Part shown: piece after piece, positions 27,629 to 37,070 of the stretch
How the letters are laid out: the number at the start of each line of letters is the position of its first letter
Position numbering within the stretch: position 1 is the first letter of the stretch
Origin: Promethearchaeota archaeon
GTDB taxonomy: Archaea; Asgardarchaeota; Hermodarchaeia; Hermodarchaeales; Hermodarchaeaceae
Direction: 5' to 3'
DNA: 41,981 bases
Assembly: GCA_048937435.1 (NCBI GenBank)
Contig: JBHLNC010000001.1
Span: 1-41,981, forward strand
Made by a program: the position numbers and the translations under genes
The notes under the pieces: model-generated
Told to the model about the DNA's origin: nothing
What the model saw: only the letters and a program-made list of their open reading frames with translations
Databases searched by the model: none

Positions 27629-30289
27629 TTGTCTTATCGGATCTGTCCTCGTTGTTCAGGGTATGTAGAAGTACGACCGCTAGGGAAGCATTTCAAGATT
27701 CGGTGTGCCCAATGTGGAGCCAGCTATAGGACTAAACCTGGCGAGGTAAATGATCCTGTTGCAGCGTATCTGCGTTTCATGGACGTTATGGAGAGTGGTG
27801 AACCGGCTCAAAAAGCTGATGTGAAGACCAGACAACCTCCCTCTCGATATGACCCTGAACCGAAACGTCCACCTCGGTCAAAGGAAGAATGGGAGAAAGT
27901 ATTGAAACAAGCGGGAGTGGAATCGGTTGACCAGCTTCCAGAGGTGGTTCAGCGTATTCTTAGTGATTCTGCGTATCATTTAGTAAAATATCGTCAATTT
28001 CCTGAAACCGCTCCTGAACCTGGTTGTCAGATTAAGGATGCGTCGTTGAATGACCGATTGAAAGCTGTTCTCGAAGGTCAAGGTGTTACTCAGTTGTTCA
28101 AGTTTCAGGAGGAAGCTTTGCAGCATATTCTTGCTGGGCGGGATGTTGTCATTTCGGCACCTACTGCAACGGGAAAGACTGAGGCCTTTGCCTTGCCCAT
28201 TATTGAACAGATTCTAGCCCGACAAAAGGGTTGGGGACCATTACGAGCGGCAGAAAAACGTGCAGTACAAGCAGTATTCATCTATCCCACGAAGGCATTA
28301 GCGCGTGATCAAGCCGGAAAACTTGCCACTCTAGCTTCCAGTGTCAGTTTGGATGTAGCTGTGTTAGATGGTGACACACCAAAGTCTGAACGTGCTTCGA
28401 TTTTCCGGCAACCTCCTGATATTCTCATCACCAACCCAGATATGCTACATGTTCACCTAATTCGTCCACGAGACCCCATTCGAAGGCTGATTCGAACGGC
28501 CCAACATGTGGTCTTAGATGAGTTGCACGTGTATGTGGGAGCCTTTGGATCCAACGTGCATTTTCTTTTACGTCGTTTACAACGGATTTGTCCTCCGCTC
28601 CAATTGATTGGGGCATCAGCAACGATTGCTAATGCACAAGAGTTTGCTGAGCTCCTTTTTGGACGGTCTGTGGTTGCGATTCATTGTGCTACAGGGAAGA
28701 AGGGGATTATTCATTTTTTGATGTTGTATCCTGAACGGGTGAGCCAAAGCACAATGATTGCTAGCGTGGCTCAAGAATTGGTTCACAATGATATGAAAAC
28801 GCTGGTGTTTGCGAATACCCATAAGAACGCTGAGGTCATTAATCTGATTGCTCGACGGACACGGATGTCTAGTGCGGTTCATCGAGCGGGGTTACCAATG
28901 TCTTATCGTCGGAAAGTGGAAGATGATTTCAGGCGGGGTGAATTGGACCTGCTTGTTTCGACCCCCACTTTGGAGTTAGGGATTGACATAGGCGACCTAG
29001 AAGGCGTTGTGTCTATGTTGGTAGGAATTACTCGTCTGACTCAACGGATTGGTCGTGCTGGGCGAAAGGGTCAGGATAGTATTGCGGTATTGGCTCTAAG
29101 AGCGAATGATGCCATCAGCACTTATTATCGCGAACACCCAGAGGACTATTTCACAGATATTGATCCTGCTTATGTTGAACCGCACAACGAAGTTGTGGCG
29201 CATCATCAACTGTTAGCCGCATCCTTGGATAAGCCGTTGATTCAGGATGAATTTGCTGAGTTTGAACCAGTCATAGAACAATTACTCAAAGAAGGTTTGA
29301 TTTCCGAATCAAGTGGAAACCTGGGACCGAATATTATTGCAGCTCGTCAGATACTCGCGCGATATTCTATTCGAGGTATTGGTGACACCGTTCAAATCGT
29401 GCACAAAGGGAAAATTATTGGCGAGCGTCAAATGCCCATGGCAATGGGTGAACTACACCCTGGTGCATTCTATCTGCACGGAGGAACCACCTATGAATCA
29501 CTGGAATTCGAGTACCGCCATGGCGTAGGGAGAGCTGTTGTGGAGCGCCTTCCTGCTGGTCACCGTGAGATGACTCAACCGCTCCGCCATGTTGACCCTG
29601 AAGTCATCCGAGTATTAAACACACGTCAAGCGTACGGCATCACTGTACATTATGCTGACCTGCGTATGACAGAAGTTGTAACAGGTTATACGATTAGGGA
29701 CATCTATACTGACAAGATTCTCAAGATTGAAAGTTTGGATCAACCCTTGGAATTCACCTATCCCACGAAAGGCTTCTTTTTTACTGCTCCTCACCCCATG
29801 AAAGCAATCAAAGCAACATTGGAAAGAAAACAAGTAAAATCCAAACCAGAGCGGATTCTAAACGGGTCTGATGAAGACGAAGAGATTACAGAAGAGGACC
29901 TTCTAATTGGAGGATTTCATGCTTTGGAGCACACGCTGATTGAAAGTAGTGACATGTTAACAGGTGGTGGAAGCCATGGGATTGGTGGTGTATCCATTGG
30001 TACGACTGGACTCATTTTCATCTATGATGGGAGTCCAGGTGGGAGTGGATTATCTAAATTGCTTTACGATCGTCTGGAAGAAGCGTTCCGACGAGTGACG
30101 GTTATCATTAAGGAGTGTGCTTGTGAGGATTTGGATGGATGTCCAGCATGCACCTACTCGTATCGGTGTGGGAACAACAATTGGCCTCTCTTCAAAGATG
30201 GTGCCTATGAGGCAGCAGATTTAGCATTGAAAGGTGTGAAGGTGAACACCGAAGTAAGTCCTGAACTCACAGAAGAACCCATGGTATAG
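27629..30289 (+). CDS. DExH-box helicase with C-terminal DUF1998/MrfA-type Zn-binding domain and N-terminal zinc ribbon
   Basis: Helicase motifs: Q (FKFQEEAL), I (SAPTATGKTEAF), II (LDELH), III (SAT), V (TPTLELGIDIG) and VI (QRIGRAGRKG). The C-terminal four-Cys cluster is CACEDLDGCPACTYSYRC. The N-terminal ribbon is CPRC...CAQC. TTG start. Confidence 0.9.
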   Translation: MSYRICPRCSGYVEVRPLGKHFKIRCAQCGASYRTKPGEVNDPVAAYLRFMDVMESGEPAQKADVKTRQPPSRYDPEPKRPPRSKEEWEKVLKQAGVESVDQLPEVVQRILSDSAYHLVKYRQFPETAPEPGCQIKDASLNDRLKAVLEGQGVTQLFKFQEEALQHILAGRDVVISAPTATGKTEAFALPIIEQILARQKGWGPLRAAEKRAVQAVFIYPTKALARDQAGKLATLASSVSLDVAVLDGDTPKSERASIFRQPPDILITNPDMLHVHLIRPRDPIRRLIRTAQHVVLDELHVYVGAFGSNVHFLLRRLQRICPPLQLIGASATIANAQEFAELLFGRSVVAIHCATGKKGIIHFLMLYPERVSQSTMIASVAQELVHNDMKTLVFANTHKNAEVINLIARRTRMSSAVHRAGLPMSYRRKVEDDFRRGELDLLVSTPTLELGIDIGDLEGVVSMLVGITRLTQRIGRAGRKGQDSIAVLALRANDAISTYYREHPEDYFTDIDPAYVEPHNEVVAHHQLLAASLDKPLIQDEFAEFEPVIEQLLKEGLISESSGNLGPNIIAARQILARYSIRGIGDTVQIVHKGKIIGERQMPMAMGELHPGAFYLHGGTTYESLEFEYRHGVGRAVVERLPAGHREMTQPLRHVDPEVIRVLNTRQAYGITVHYADLRMTEVVTGYTIRDIYTDKILKIESLDQPLEFTYPTKGFFFTAPHPMKAIKATLERKQVKSKPERILNGSDEDEEITEEDLLIGGFHALEHTLIESSDMLTGGGSHGIGGVSIGTTGLIFIYDGSPGGSGLSKLLYDRLEEAFRRVTVIIKECACEDLDGCPACTYSYRCGNNNWPLFKDGAYEAADLALKGVKVNTEVSPELTEEPMV

Positions 30290-30305
30290 TTCGTTCTTTT
30301 CATAA

Positions 30306-31553
30306 TTAGAAATCTGGAGTAAGTTTAGCTCGTATTTTTGGAAAGAGCACTCTCACAAGCGGTAATTTCACAGATTGGGCTCCTGCATCAGGGTATATTT
30401 TGTGTAATTCGTCAATAGTTTTGTAACCCATGAGTAGCTGATAAATCACAGGAAAAGGTACTGCCACATGCATATCCTTAATCTCCTCACGTTTTATCTC
30501 AGTGATTTTTTTGATCTTCCCATTCTTGAAGTCTAGTTCAATTCCTGCTCGGAACCAGTTGATGCGCAACGAATCAGACAATTTGGCAAAATCGGATTGA
30601 GCTAACCGGTTTTCAAGAACTGGTGTAATTGTCTCCAAGAAGTGCTTTTCTGATGGAATTCGTACGCACCAAGCATAAGGTCTCGTAAATTTTGATCGAC
30701 ATAAGCCCTCAAGAACAGGTTGAAGGGCTGGTCGAGAAGGGAGATATATCCGGATGGATAATCTGCGGCGTCTTGCAATGGTTTTCGTATAGCGAAGTAT
30801 TGCAGGTATGTGTGTAAGATCCTTAACCCAGAGTTCATACATTTCGAGAAAGCCCCAACCAATTGATAGGATAAAGGACCCCACTATCTTTGTATTCTGT
30901 TTTACGATATAGAATCTGTAAACGGAATCATCTCCGAATTTTCCATGGGTAAGGTAAGGGTAGTCTGCTGGTGTGATAATCCGATAGAAATCGAGATACG
31001 AATTCCGGTTTTTTCGTGCTTTGAGATATTGATCAAAGGTTTGCTCTGTTATCTCTTCAATGGTGACGGGTTCTTTCTCATTCTTTTTGAGTCGAGGAAT
31101 TAGTTCTGTGGGTATAGTTATGGTTCCATCAAAGTTTATAGCGTATTCATAGCCGAGGGTGCGATAGAAGAAAGGAATTCCAATAATTACGAGTAATGGG
31201 AGTTGGTATTCAGCTACTCGTTGTTCGTACAGCTCATTGAGTTTACGAATAAATCCTCGATGACGATATTCGGGGAGGGTGGCGACGATTTCCATGTGTC
31301 CAACGGGAAATTGTGTACCATTGAGAACACAGGTTGATCGCAATAGACAAAAGTAAGAAACAACCTTCTGTTCTGTTATATCCATGATTAGAAAATGATC
31401 TGAAGGTGGGGAATCGTGGTGATAATTGAACAATCTGTCAATCATTGGGCTGACTTCTTTTCCAAAGACGGTCTTCACTGCTCTCTGAATCGCTTTCTCG
31501 TCCGCAGCGGTTGCGGTTCGCATAATTAGACCTTCGCCTAGCTCGACTTGCAT
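30306..31553 (-). CDS. GNAT N-acetyltransferase, Eis-like three-domain architecture
   Basis: GNAT motif A is VATLPEYRHRGFIRKL, followed by YRTLGYEYA. The length (~415 aa) and a C-terminal third consistent with a second GNAT plus SCP2-like domain match Eis-type enzymes. Confidence 0.75.
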   Translation of the reverse strand: MQVELGEGLIMRTATAADEKAIQRAVKTVFGKEVSPMIDRLFNYHHDSPPSDHFLIMDITEQKVVSYFCLLRSTCVLNGTQFPVGHMEIVATLPEYRHRGFIRKLNELYEQRVAEYQLPLLVIIGIPFFYRTLGYEYAINFDGTITIPTELIPRLKKNEKEPVTIEEITEQTFDQYLKARKNRNSYLDFYRIITPADYPYLTHGKFGDDSVYRFYIVKQNTKIVGSFILSIGWGFLEMYELWVKDLTHIPAILRYTKTIARRRRLSIRIYLPSRPALQPVLEGLCRSKFTRPYAWCVRIPSEKHFLETITPVLENRLAQSDFAKLSDSLRINWFRAGIELDFKNGKIKKITEIKREEIKDMHVAVPFPVIYQLLMGYKTIDELHKIYPDAGAQSVKLPLVRVLFPKIRAKLTPDF

Positions 31554-31609
31554 TGTGAAATCACTTCGATATTGCTGGCTGTCCGAAGTGTAGCTTCCTC
31601 AAATGCTTA

Positions 31610-31981
31610 TTGGTACCCTTTTATGAACTCTTGATGGTTGAAGTGCATCAGAGAACCCAACATTTTAAGACGACCAGCCCCCTCACTCTACATGTTATCG
31701 CCCAAAGAAGGAAGAAGGCTGAGATTGCTGTGGCGCGATTTAAGTACTATACCATTTACCGCTGCAGGCATTGTGGTGAACACATCCGTGTACATGGCAA
31801 GCTCGCGTCGAAACTTGTTTTGCCTTCCGGTGTGCAGATGTGTTGTACGCGTCCAAGATTAGTTCGAGAAAGGCAAGTGTTAATTTCTGATTATGAATCA
31901 GACAAACCAACTAAAGAGAAAGAAGAACCGCGGGCTGAGAAGGTTACACAGAAGAGCCTGTCTGAATATTCAAAGAAGTAG
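31610..31981 (+). CDS. Hypothetical small protein with possible Zn-ribbon (CxxC...CC) and Lys/Glu-rich tail
   Basis: ORF only; the track start is TTG and the first ATG is at 31634. Supported only by the CRHCGEH...MCCTRP pattern and by filling an otherwise empty 450-bp gap. Confidence 0.3.
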   Translation: MVPFYELLMVEVHQRTQHFKTTSPLTLHVIAQRRKKAEIAVARFKYYTIYRCRHCGEHIRVHGKLASKLVLPSGVQMCCTRPRLVRERQVLISDYESDKPTKEKEEPRAEKVTQKSLSEYSKK

Positions 31982-31999
31982 TCGTTCTCTTGTTTCTGT

Positions 32000-32944
32000 T
32001 TAGAGAATCGTGTATCGTGGATGATTCCTAGTTTTTGGAGTGGGAGCCGGGTAGGAACCCTCGGCAGAAGTGTAGGCAAGTAAAGCATCTGTGACTGCGG
32101 TTGCGGTAAAGAAGCGGGGTGCGCGGCGGATTGGTCCTGCGAGAATGAAGTTGGCTCCATGACATTGAAGGTAGGTGCAAAGGGCGGGAGAAAGGTATCG
32201 TTTTGCGGCGGGTGAGATGAGATTCGCGCGACGCCATATGGCAACGCTATTGGCTGATCCAGCACCAACGGGATAACCTAATTCATCCTTAACGAAATGC
32301 ATTGCAGATGCAGCAATACTCAGACCAGCTAGATCGAGTGCAACAGTATCGATGAGTAATTTTGTGAGTTTAGCTTTCTTGGCTTTAGCTAACAACCCTT
32401 CCTCATCTGAAGAACCCTTTAATGCGTCTAATCGCCCTTCAGGTCGGATATCGAGTGGATTATGAGCGAGGACAATTGCAGCTTGAATTTTTGCGCTTCG
32501 GAGTGCTTCGAGTTCTTCGTTGGAAGTATAGTGGCTGATAGCATCATAGATGGCGAACTTCGTTCGACCAGTTTGTTCAACGTAAGAAATCCCTGCGAAT
32601 CGTGCTTCCGGTGAACTACTATCAATGAGAAAAGGGACTGTTTCAGCAGCCTCAGAGAGAAAGGTCAGGTAATGGTTGATTGCTTCTGGTGTTTCAGCAA
32701 GGACATCGAGGATTAAAGGATTGCCAGTTGTGTGGCTGAGTTTGATAGCTCGGTTAATGTATTGTCTGGCTTTTTTCTTATCAAAACGACCAACACGATG
32801 ATCCATGACAAGACGATCGCCACGATGGAAAATGGATAGCATCAGAGTTGTGGGATATTCTCCGCGATGACCGCCTAGGATAACGTCACCAATCTGGACG
32901 GTCTTGGGATAAACAGGGGAGGATTGCTGGGTCATTGAGTTCAT
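32000..32944 (-). CDS. mtrH: Tetrahydromethanopterin S-methyltransferase subunit H (MtrH) family methyltransferase
   Basis: The N-terminal half follows the MtrH pattern closely: IGDVILGGHRGEYPTTLMLSIF, TGNPLILDVLAETPEAINHYLTFL, PFLIDSSSPEARFAG, AIVLAHNP. 314 aa. Confidence 0.85.
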   Translation of the reverse strand: MNSMTQQSSPVYPKTVQIGDVILGGHRGEYPTTLMLSIFHRGDRLVMDHRVGRFDKKKARQYINRAIKLSHTTGNPLILDVLAETPEAINHYLTFLSEAAETVPFLIDSSSPEARFAGISYVEQTGRTKFAIYDAISHYTSNEELEALRSAKIQAAIVLAHNPLDIRPEGRLDALKGSSDEEGLLAKAKKAKLTKLLIDTVALDLAGLSIAASAMHFVKDELGYPVGAGSANSVAIWRRANLISPAAKRYLSPALCTYLQCHGANFILAGPIRRAPRFFTATAVTDALLAYTSAEGSYPAPTPKTRNHPRYTIL

Positions 32945-33076
32945 CTCATTAGGCGAATTTTCCTATTTCCTAGAAGGGGGTTTGATGGCATTTTAAGTTC
33001 TACTTCACCGGATATTACCGAACACGCGAATGTTTTTTAGGAAACATCAGGTCCAGCATGGTCTTCATAGAATGCG

Positions 33077-34420
33077 GTGAATCCTACTTTGGAGCTTACT
33101 CCCCCTGATGAAGGCTTTGAATCAAGACCCTACTTGGGTCAAATCCTTCTTTTGGCAGCGGCACAAGCGATTCTCATGTTGGGTTATGGAGCCGTCCTTC
33201 CAATCTTACCTTATTATCTGATTGAATTTGGGGCAGGAGCCTTTGAATATGGGCTGCTTGTTGCCACTTTTTCAATTTTCGCCTTCATAGCTGCTGGTCC
33301 GTTAGGTACCTTATCTGATCGCATTGGCCGGAAACCCGTCATCCTGATTTCCCTCGCAGGTGCAGGTCTCTCATTATTCGTGTTTAGTCTATCGAATTCC
33401 CTGCTTTTGCTCTTTGTTACTCGGGCAGCGGAGGGATTTTTTACCGCAGGGTTATGGCCTTCAGGTGACGCCCTGGTCTCTGATATCGTTCCTGCCAGGA
33501 AACGTGGGAGCGCTTGGGGGAACCTTTTGGCTGGTCGGACCACAGGAATGATTTTTGGACCCACCATTGGAGGGATCCTCGCGTTTTATCTTGGCGTTCG
33601 AATTCCGTTCATGATTTGTGCCGCCTTAGCCTTCATTGCCCTGCTTCTAAGTGCACTTTTCATTCACGAACCACCACGTACTCGGTCCGAAGAAGAGATT
33701 CTTCACGACCACTCCCGTCAATCATGGTTGGATAGATTCTATCTCGCTCTCAAAGCCTATTGGAATGTACTGCTAACTGGTGGGCTCCTGCTTGTGGTTG
33801 CTATGATTGTGCGTTTCACCCGAATACTTTCGATTGCAACGGTAGAACCCATATTTGCCATTTACACAACTGATCCGCGAACTTTCGGATTGACACCTAT
33901 AGAACTTGGTCTGTTTTTCTTCTGTTTTGCGATCACGAATGCAATTTCTCAATTGGGGTTCGGACGGCTTGCCGATCGAATAGGACATGGCAGCCCGATG
34001 GTTCTTTCTGGCTTTGTGACCGCATTTGGGTTGTTTCTCGCCATTATTGCTACAACAACGCTTCAACTCTATCTCGTCGCAGTATTTTTAGGATTAGGTG
34101 GTGCGATGGCGTTACCCTCTACGGCAGCTGTTGCAGCGGAGTCCGCGCCTCCAACTGAACGTGGACGGGCTATGGGATTATTATCCATGTCTGGAAGCTT
34201 AGGACGGGCGACGGGACCAATTAGTGGAGGATTCTTATATGCCAGTATATTAGCCCTGACTGACAATCCCTATCTTGCCGCATTGCCGCCTGTAACAATT
34301 GCTTTGATTGTTGGAATTCTTGGAAGTCTTGCTGCAATTCCGTTATTCCTTAGAGCCCGTAGAAATACGATGAACAAAAAGCTTGGAGAGGAAAAGCCTT
34401 TGAAGACCGTTGAAGGCTAG
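33077..34420 (+). CDS. MFS transporter
   Basis: About 12 TM helices. Motif A is GTLSDRIGRKPVI, with a second-half copy GRLADRIGHGSPM. GTG start. Confidence 0.85.
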   Translation: MNPTLELTPPDEGFESRPYLGQILLLAAAQAILMLGYGAVLPILPYYLIEFGAGAFEYGLLVATFSIFAFIAAGPLGTLSDRIGRKPVILISLAGAGLSLFVFSLSNSLLLLFVTRAAEGFFTAGLWPSGDALVSDIVPARKRGSAWGNLLAGRTTGMIFGPTIGGILAFYLGVRIPFMICAALAFIALLLSALFIHEPPRTRSEEEILHDHSRQSWLDRFYLALKAYWNVLLTGGLLLVVAMIVRFTRILSIATVEPIFAIYTTDPRTFGLTPIELGLFFFCFAITNAISQLGFGRLADRIGHGSPMVLSGFVTAFGLFLAIIATTTLQLYLVAVFLGLGGAMALPSTAAVAAESAPPTERGRAMGLLSMSGSLGRATGPISGGFLYASILALTDNPYLAALPPVTIALIVGILGSLAAIPLFLRARRNTMNKKLGEEKPLKTVEG

Positions 34421-35255
34421 TCATAACTTGATACCGATGACATCACAAGTACTTCCCCATGTCAAGAAACGGGCAACGATTCTTATTGTGGAGGCACATC
34501 CTGATGATGCTGCAATTTTTGCTGGTGGAACTTTGGTTAGGCTAGCAGAGGAGGGGCACACCATTGTCAATCTTTGTTCGACGTATGGGGAAAAAGGCAC
34601 ATTAGACCGTTCGATGACTCGTGAAAAAATGATTGAGATTCAAAAACGCGAATCCCTACGAGCAGCGGATGTGTTGGGGATCAGCGAGGTTATCTTCTTA
34701 GGAATTCCAGATGGAGAAATGCAACGAGGGCTGGAACTGCGTCAGCAGTATACAGAAATTATCCGTCGTTTCCAACCGGATTTTGTGTTTAGTTTTGATC
34801 CTCATATTCCCTATGATCCCCATCCTGATCATCAAGCAACGAGTCGAACGATTTATGAAGCTTGCTTAAATTGCCACCTGCCTTTGGTATTTCCTGAACA
34901 ACTAGCAGATGGACTGAAACCGCATTATGTGAACCGATTCTATGGTTGGGAGTCTTCGAACCCGAACACCTATGTTGACATTACTGCGTCCTTAGAAACG
35001 AAACTACGAGCCTTAGAACAATATGAGAGTCAGATGCAGATGATACTCGATGAAACGCGGAATCGCTCTTCATGTGCAGGAATTGATATTCTGGTAAGTA
35101 AAGAAACACCATGGGAAGACTTCATTCGCAAGTGGATTATGGCGGAAGCCCAAAAAAATGGTAAACATGCCAATTGCCAATATGCAGAGGCATTCAATAG
35201 CATCGGATTTAGTGCGGTTAGAATTATTGCAGAACAATTCGAAACCACAGAATAG
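34410..35255 (+). CDS. PIG-L/LmbE family N-acetylglucosaminyl deacetylase
   Basis: The AHPDD motif (ILIVEAHPDDAAIFAGGT) and second metal motif (HPDHQATS) are present. The track start is TTG and overlaps the MFS gene; ATG at 34437 is a likely alternative. Confidence 0.85.
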   Translation: MKASHNLIPMTSQVLPHVKKRATILIVEAHPDDAAIFAGGTLVRLAEEGHTIVNLCSTYGEKGTLDRSMTREKMIEIQKRESLRAADVLGISEVIFLGIPDGEMQRGLELRQQYTEIIRRFQPDFVFSFDPHIPYDPHPDHQATSRTIYEACLNCHLPLVFPEQLADGLKPHYVNRFYGWESSNPNTYVDITASLETKLRALEQYESQMQMILDETRNRSSCAGIDILVSKETPWEDFIRKWIMAEAQKNGKHANCQYAEAFNSIGFSAVRIIAEQFETTE

Positions 35256-35329
35256 CAAATAACAGTATTCCCAGAAAAATGCTAAGCCTTTTAGGGAAGT
35301 TCATTTCCGGAGGTCACCGGTGAATTCCT

Positions 35330-35881
35330 GTGAATGGTTGGGATCATGTCTTTATTACAACGGTTGTATATTTTGTGGGTTGGTTGGCTATTTTCTTCCT
35401 TGCTGTCTATACACCTATTGTGTTCCCAGCATACCTTTCTCTCTGGTTTGTCTTTGTCGCTTGGGTCGGTGGAATCTTTCCAGATTTTGATATTCACTGG
35501 AAACCCCTTCTCGGACATCGGTCTTTAATTACACACAGTGTCTTAGCACCCCTGGTAATTGTAGGTGTCTTCTTAATCCCGATAATCATTTACCCATGGT
35601 TATGGATGGAAATTGACCGCTATTTCATCGTCATCTTTTTACTGGGATGCGCCTTACACTTTCTCCTCGATTTACTGCCAAGCTCTCGCTCAGTACTCAA
35701 TCGATTCATGAAAAACCCGTTGGAAGCCTTTGCCTATATTGAAAAAAATCAAACATCAGCACCAGGAAACATCACAAGAATCCCTGAAAAGTATGAAAGA
35801 GGATGGTTAATTGGTAATGCAATTGCCTTAATCTTCTTTGCTGCATTTCTCTGGTGGTTCTTTGTTACCTTCTTTCCTTGA
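35330..35881 (+). CDS. Membrane-bound metal-dependent hydrolase-like protein (DUF457/YdjM-like)
   Basis: Polytopic protein with PDFDIHWKPLLGHRSLITHS, which matches the PDxD...HRxxTHS pattern of the family. Confidence 0.6.
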   Translation: MNGWDHVFITTVVYFVGWLAIFFLAVYTPIVFPAYLSLWFVFVAWVGGIFPDFDIHWKPLLGHRSLITHSVLAPLVIVGVFLIPIIIYPWLWMEIDRYFIVIFLLGCALHFLLDLLPSSRSVLNRFMKNPLEAFAYIEKNQTSAPGNITRIPEKYERGWLIGNAIALIFFAAFLWWFFVTFFP

Positions 35882-37070
35882 GCGCCTGTGCTAGCAATTC
35901 CATGAGATCTAAAATCTTAAGATCAGTCTCCTTTACCCGATTCTGGGTTTCTGTGAAGTGAAGTTTACAGTTTGGACAAGCTGAAACCAAGTATGAGTTG
36001 GAAGTTGATGGGGTACTGGCTAGTCTGGTCCGGGTAATTTCCTCAGCTAGATCGGGAAAGGTTTTGGGTAAGGCACCGCCTCCACCGCAGCAATCTGTAT
36101 ATTCTCGGCTGTGAGAATATTCCATGAGAACAGCTCCCGGAATGAGTTTGAGGAGTTGACGGGGTGGTTCGTAAACACCAAGTTCTCGTCCTAAATGGCA
36201 GGGATCATGATATGTCATTGTTAGAGGTGTACCAGTTTGCTTTGGCTGTAAAGAGGATTTTATCAGTGAGATGAGTTGTTTAGTGTGTTTGACTAAAAAT
36301 TCGGTCATGTGAAGTACTTTGATTTTCTTGGGTAGGTGAATTCCTAGTTGTGGATAGTCGAGTTTAAGGGCTCTAGCGCACCCGGGACAGGTTGTGAGTA
36401 TGGTCTTTGCACCGGATTCTTTGATGGCTTTGAGATTTTGTTCTGCCAAGGATTTGGCAGTTTCGGTGAATCCGGCTCGGAAAAGGGGTGATCCACAACA
36501 AACTTCATTTTTCTCTCCATTGAGAAAGGTGAAATCTATTCCTAGCCTAGCTAAAACTGTTTGAGCTGCAAGAGCAATTTCGGGATGCCTATATGCTGTA
36601 GTACACCCAACAAAATAAGCAATCTCTGCTGAGGATGATAACTTCTTCACAACGTTTTGAAGTTTTGCAAATCGATCATTATGTGGTTCGCCATAGACGT
36701 TGAAAAATTCACTGGTATTGTTGTCGAGTTCAAGAGTTCCAGTAGGGGCACGGTGTTCCGCTACTACACATTCACGACTGAGTTCAATGATACGTGGGAG
36801 TTCATGGCGAGGCATACACCAAGCCTTGCACGCCCCACAGAGATTGCATTGATACAAACGATCCACTGCAGCTTCAGTGAGAGCGCTTTTTCCTCTTCGG
36901 TACAGTTCAATGATAAGTGCGCGACCAACAGGACTACAGGCATCAGAACGGGTAACCAGATGAGTTGGACAGGAATGGCGGCACATACGGCTACAAAGAC
37001 TACATAGACGACTGATTTTTGCGAAATCATCCAACGTGTTTAGTAGGTTGGTTGAATTGGGTGGTGTCAT
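35865..37070 (-). CDS. (Fe-S)-binding oxidoreductase subunit, GlcF/HdrD-like with two CCG domains
   Basis: Two ferredoxin-type Cys clusters (CSLCSRMCRHSCP; CNLCGACKAWC) and two CCG motifs (CCGSPL; CCGGGG). The start overlaps the stop of the FAD oxidase gene by 4 nt. Confidence 0.85.
   Translation of the reverse strand: MTPPNSTNLLNTLDDFAKISRLCSLCSRMCRHSCPTHLVTRSDACSPVGRALIIELYRRGKSALTEAAVDRLYQCNLCGACKAWCMPRHELPRIIELSRECVVAEHRAPTGTLELDNNTSEFFNVYGEPHNDRFAKLQNVVKKLSSSAEIAYFVGCTTAYRHPEIALAAQTVLARLGIDFTFLNGEKNEVCCGSPLFRAGFTETAKSLAEQNLKAIKESGAKTILTTCPGCARALKLDYPQLGIHLPKKIKVLHMTEFLVKHTKQLISLIKSSLQPKQTGTPLTMTYHDPCHLGRELGVYEPPRQLLKLIPGAVLMEYSHSREYTDCCGGGGALPKTFPDLAEEITRTRLASTPSTSNSYLVSACPNCKLHFTETQNRVKETDLKILDLMELLAQALKERR

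Noticed and set aside
31891-32268. 125-aa minus-strand ORF overlapping the 3' part of mtrH
   Set aside because: It is an alternative frame of the MtrH-family gene. It is proline/serine-rich low-complexity sequence, whereas the MtrH frame matches the family along its whole length.
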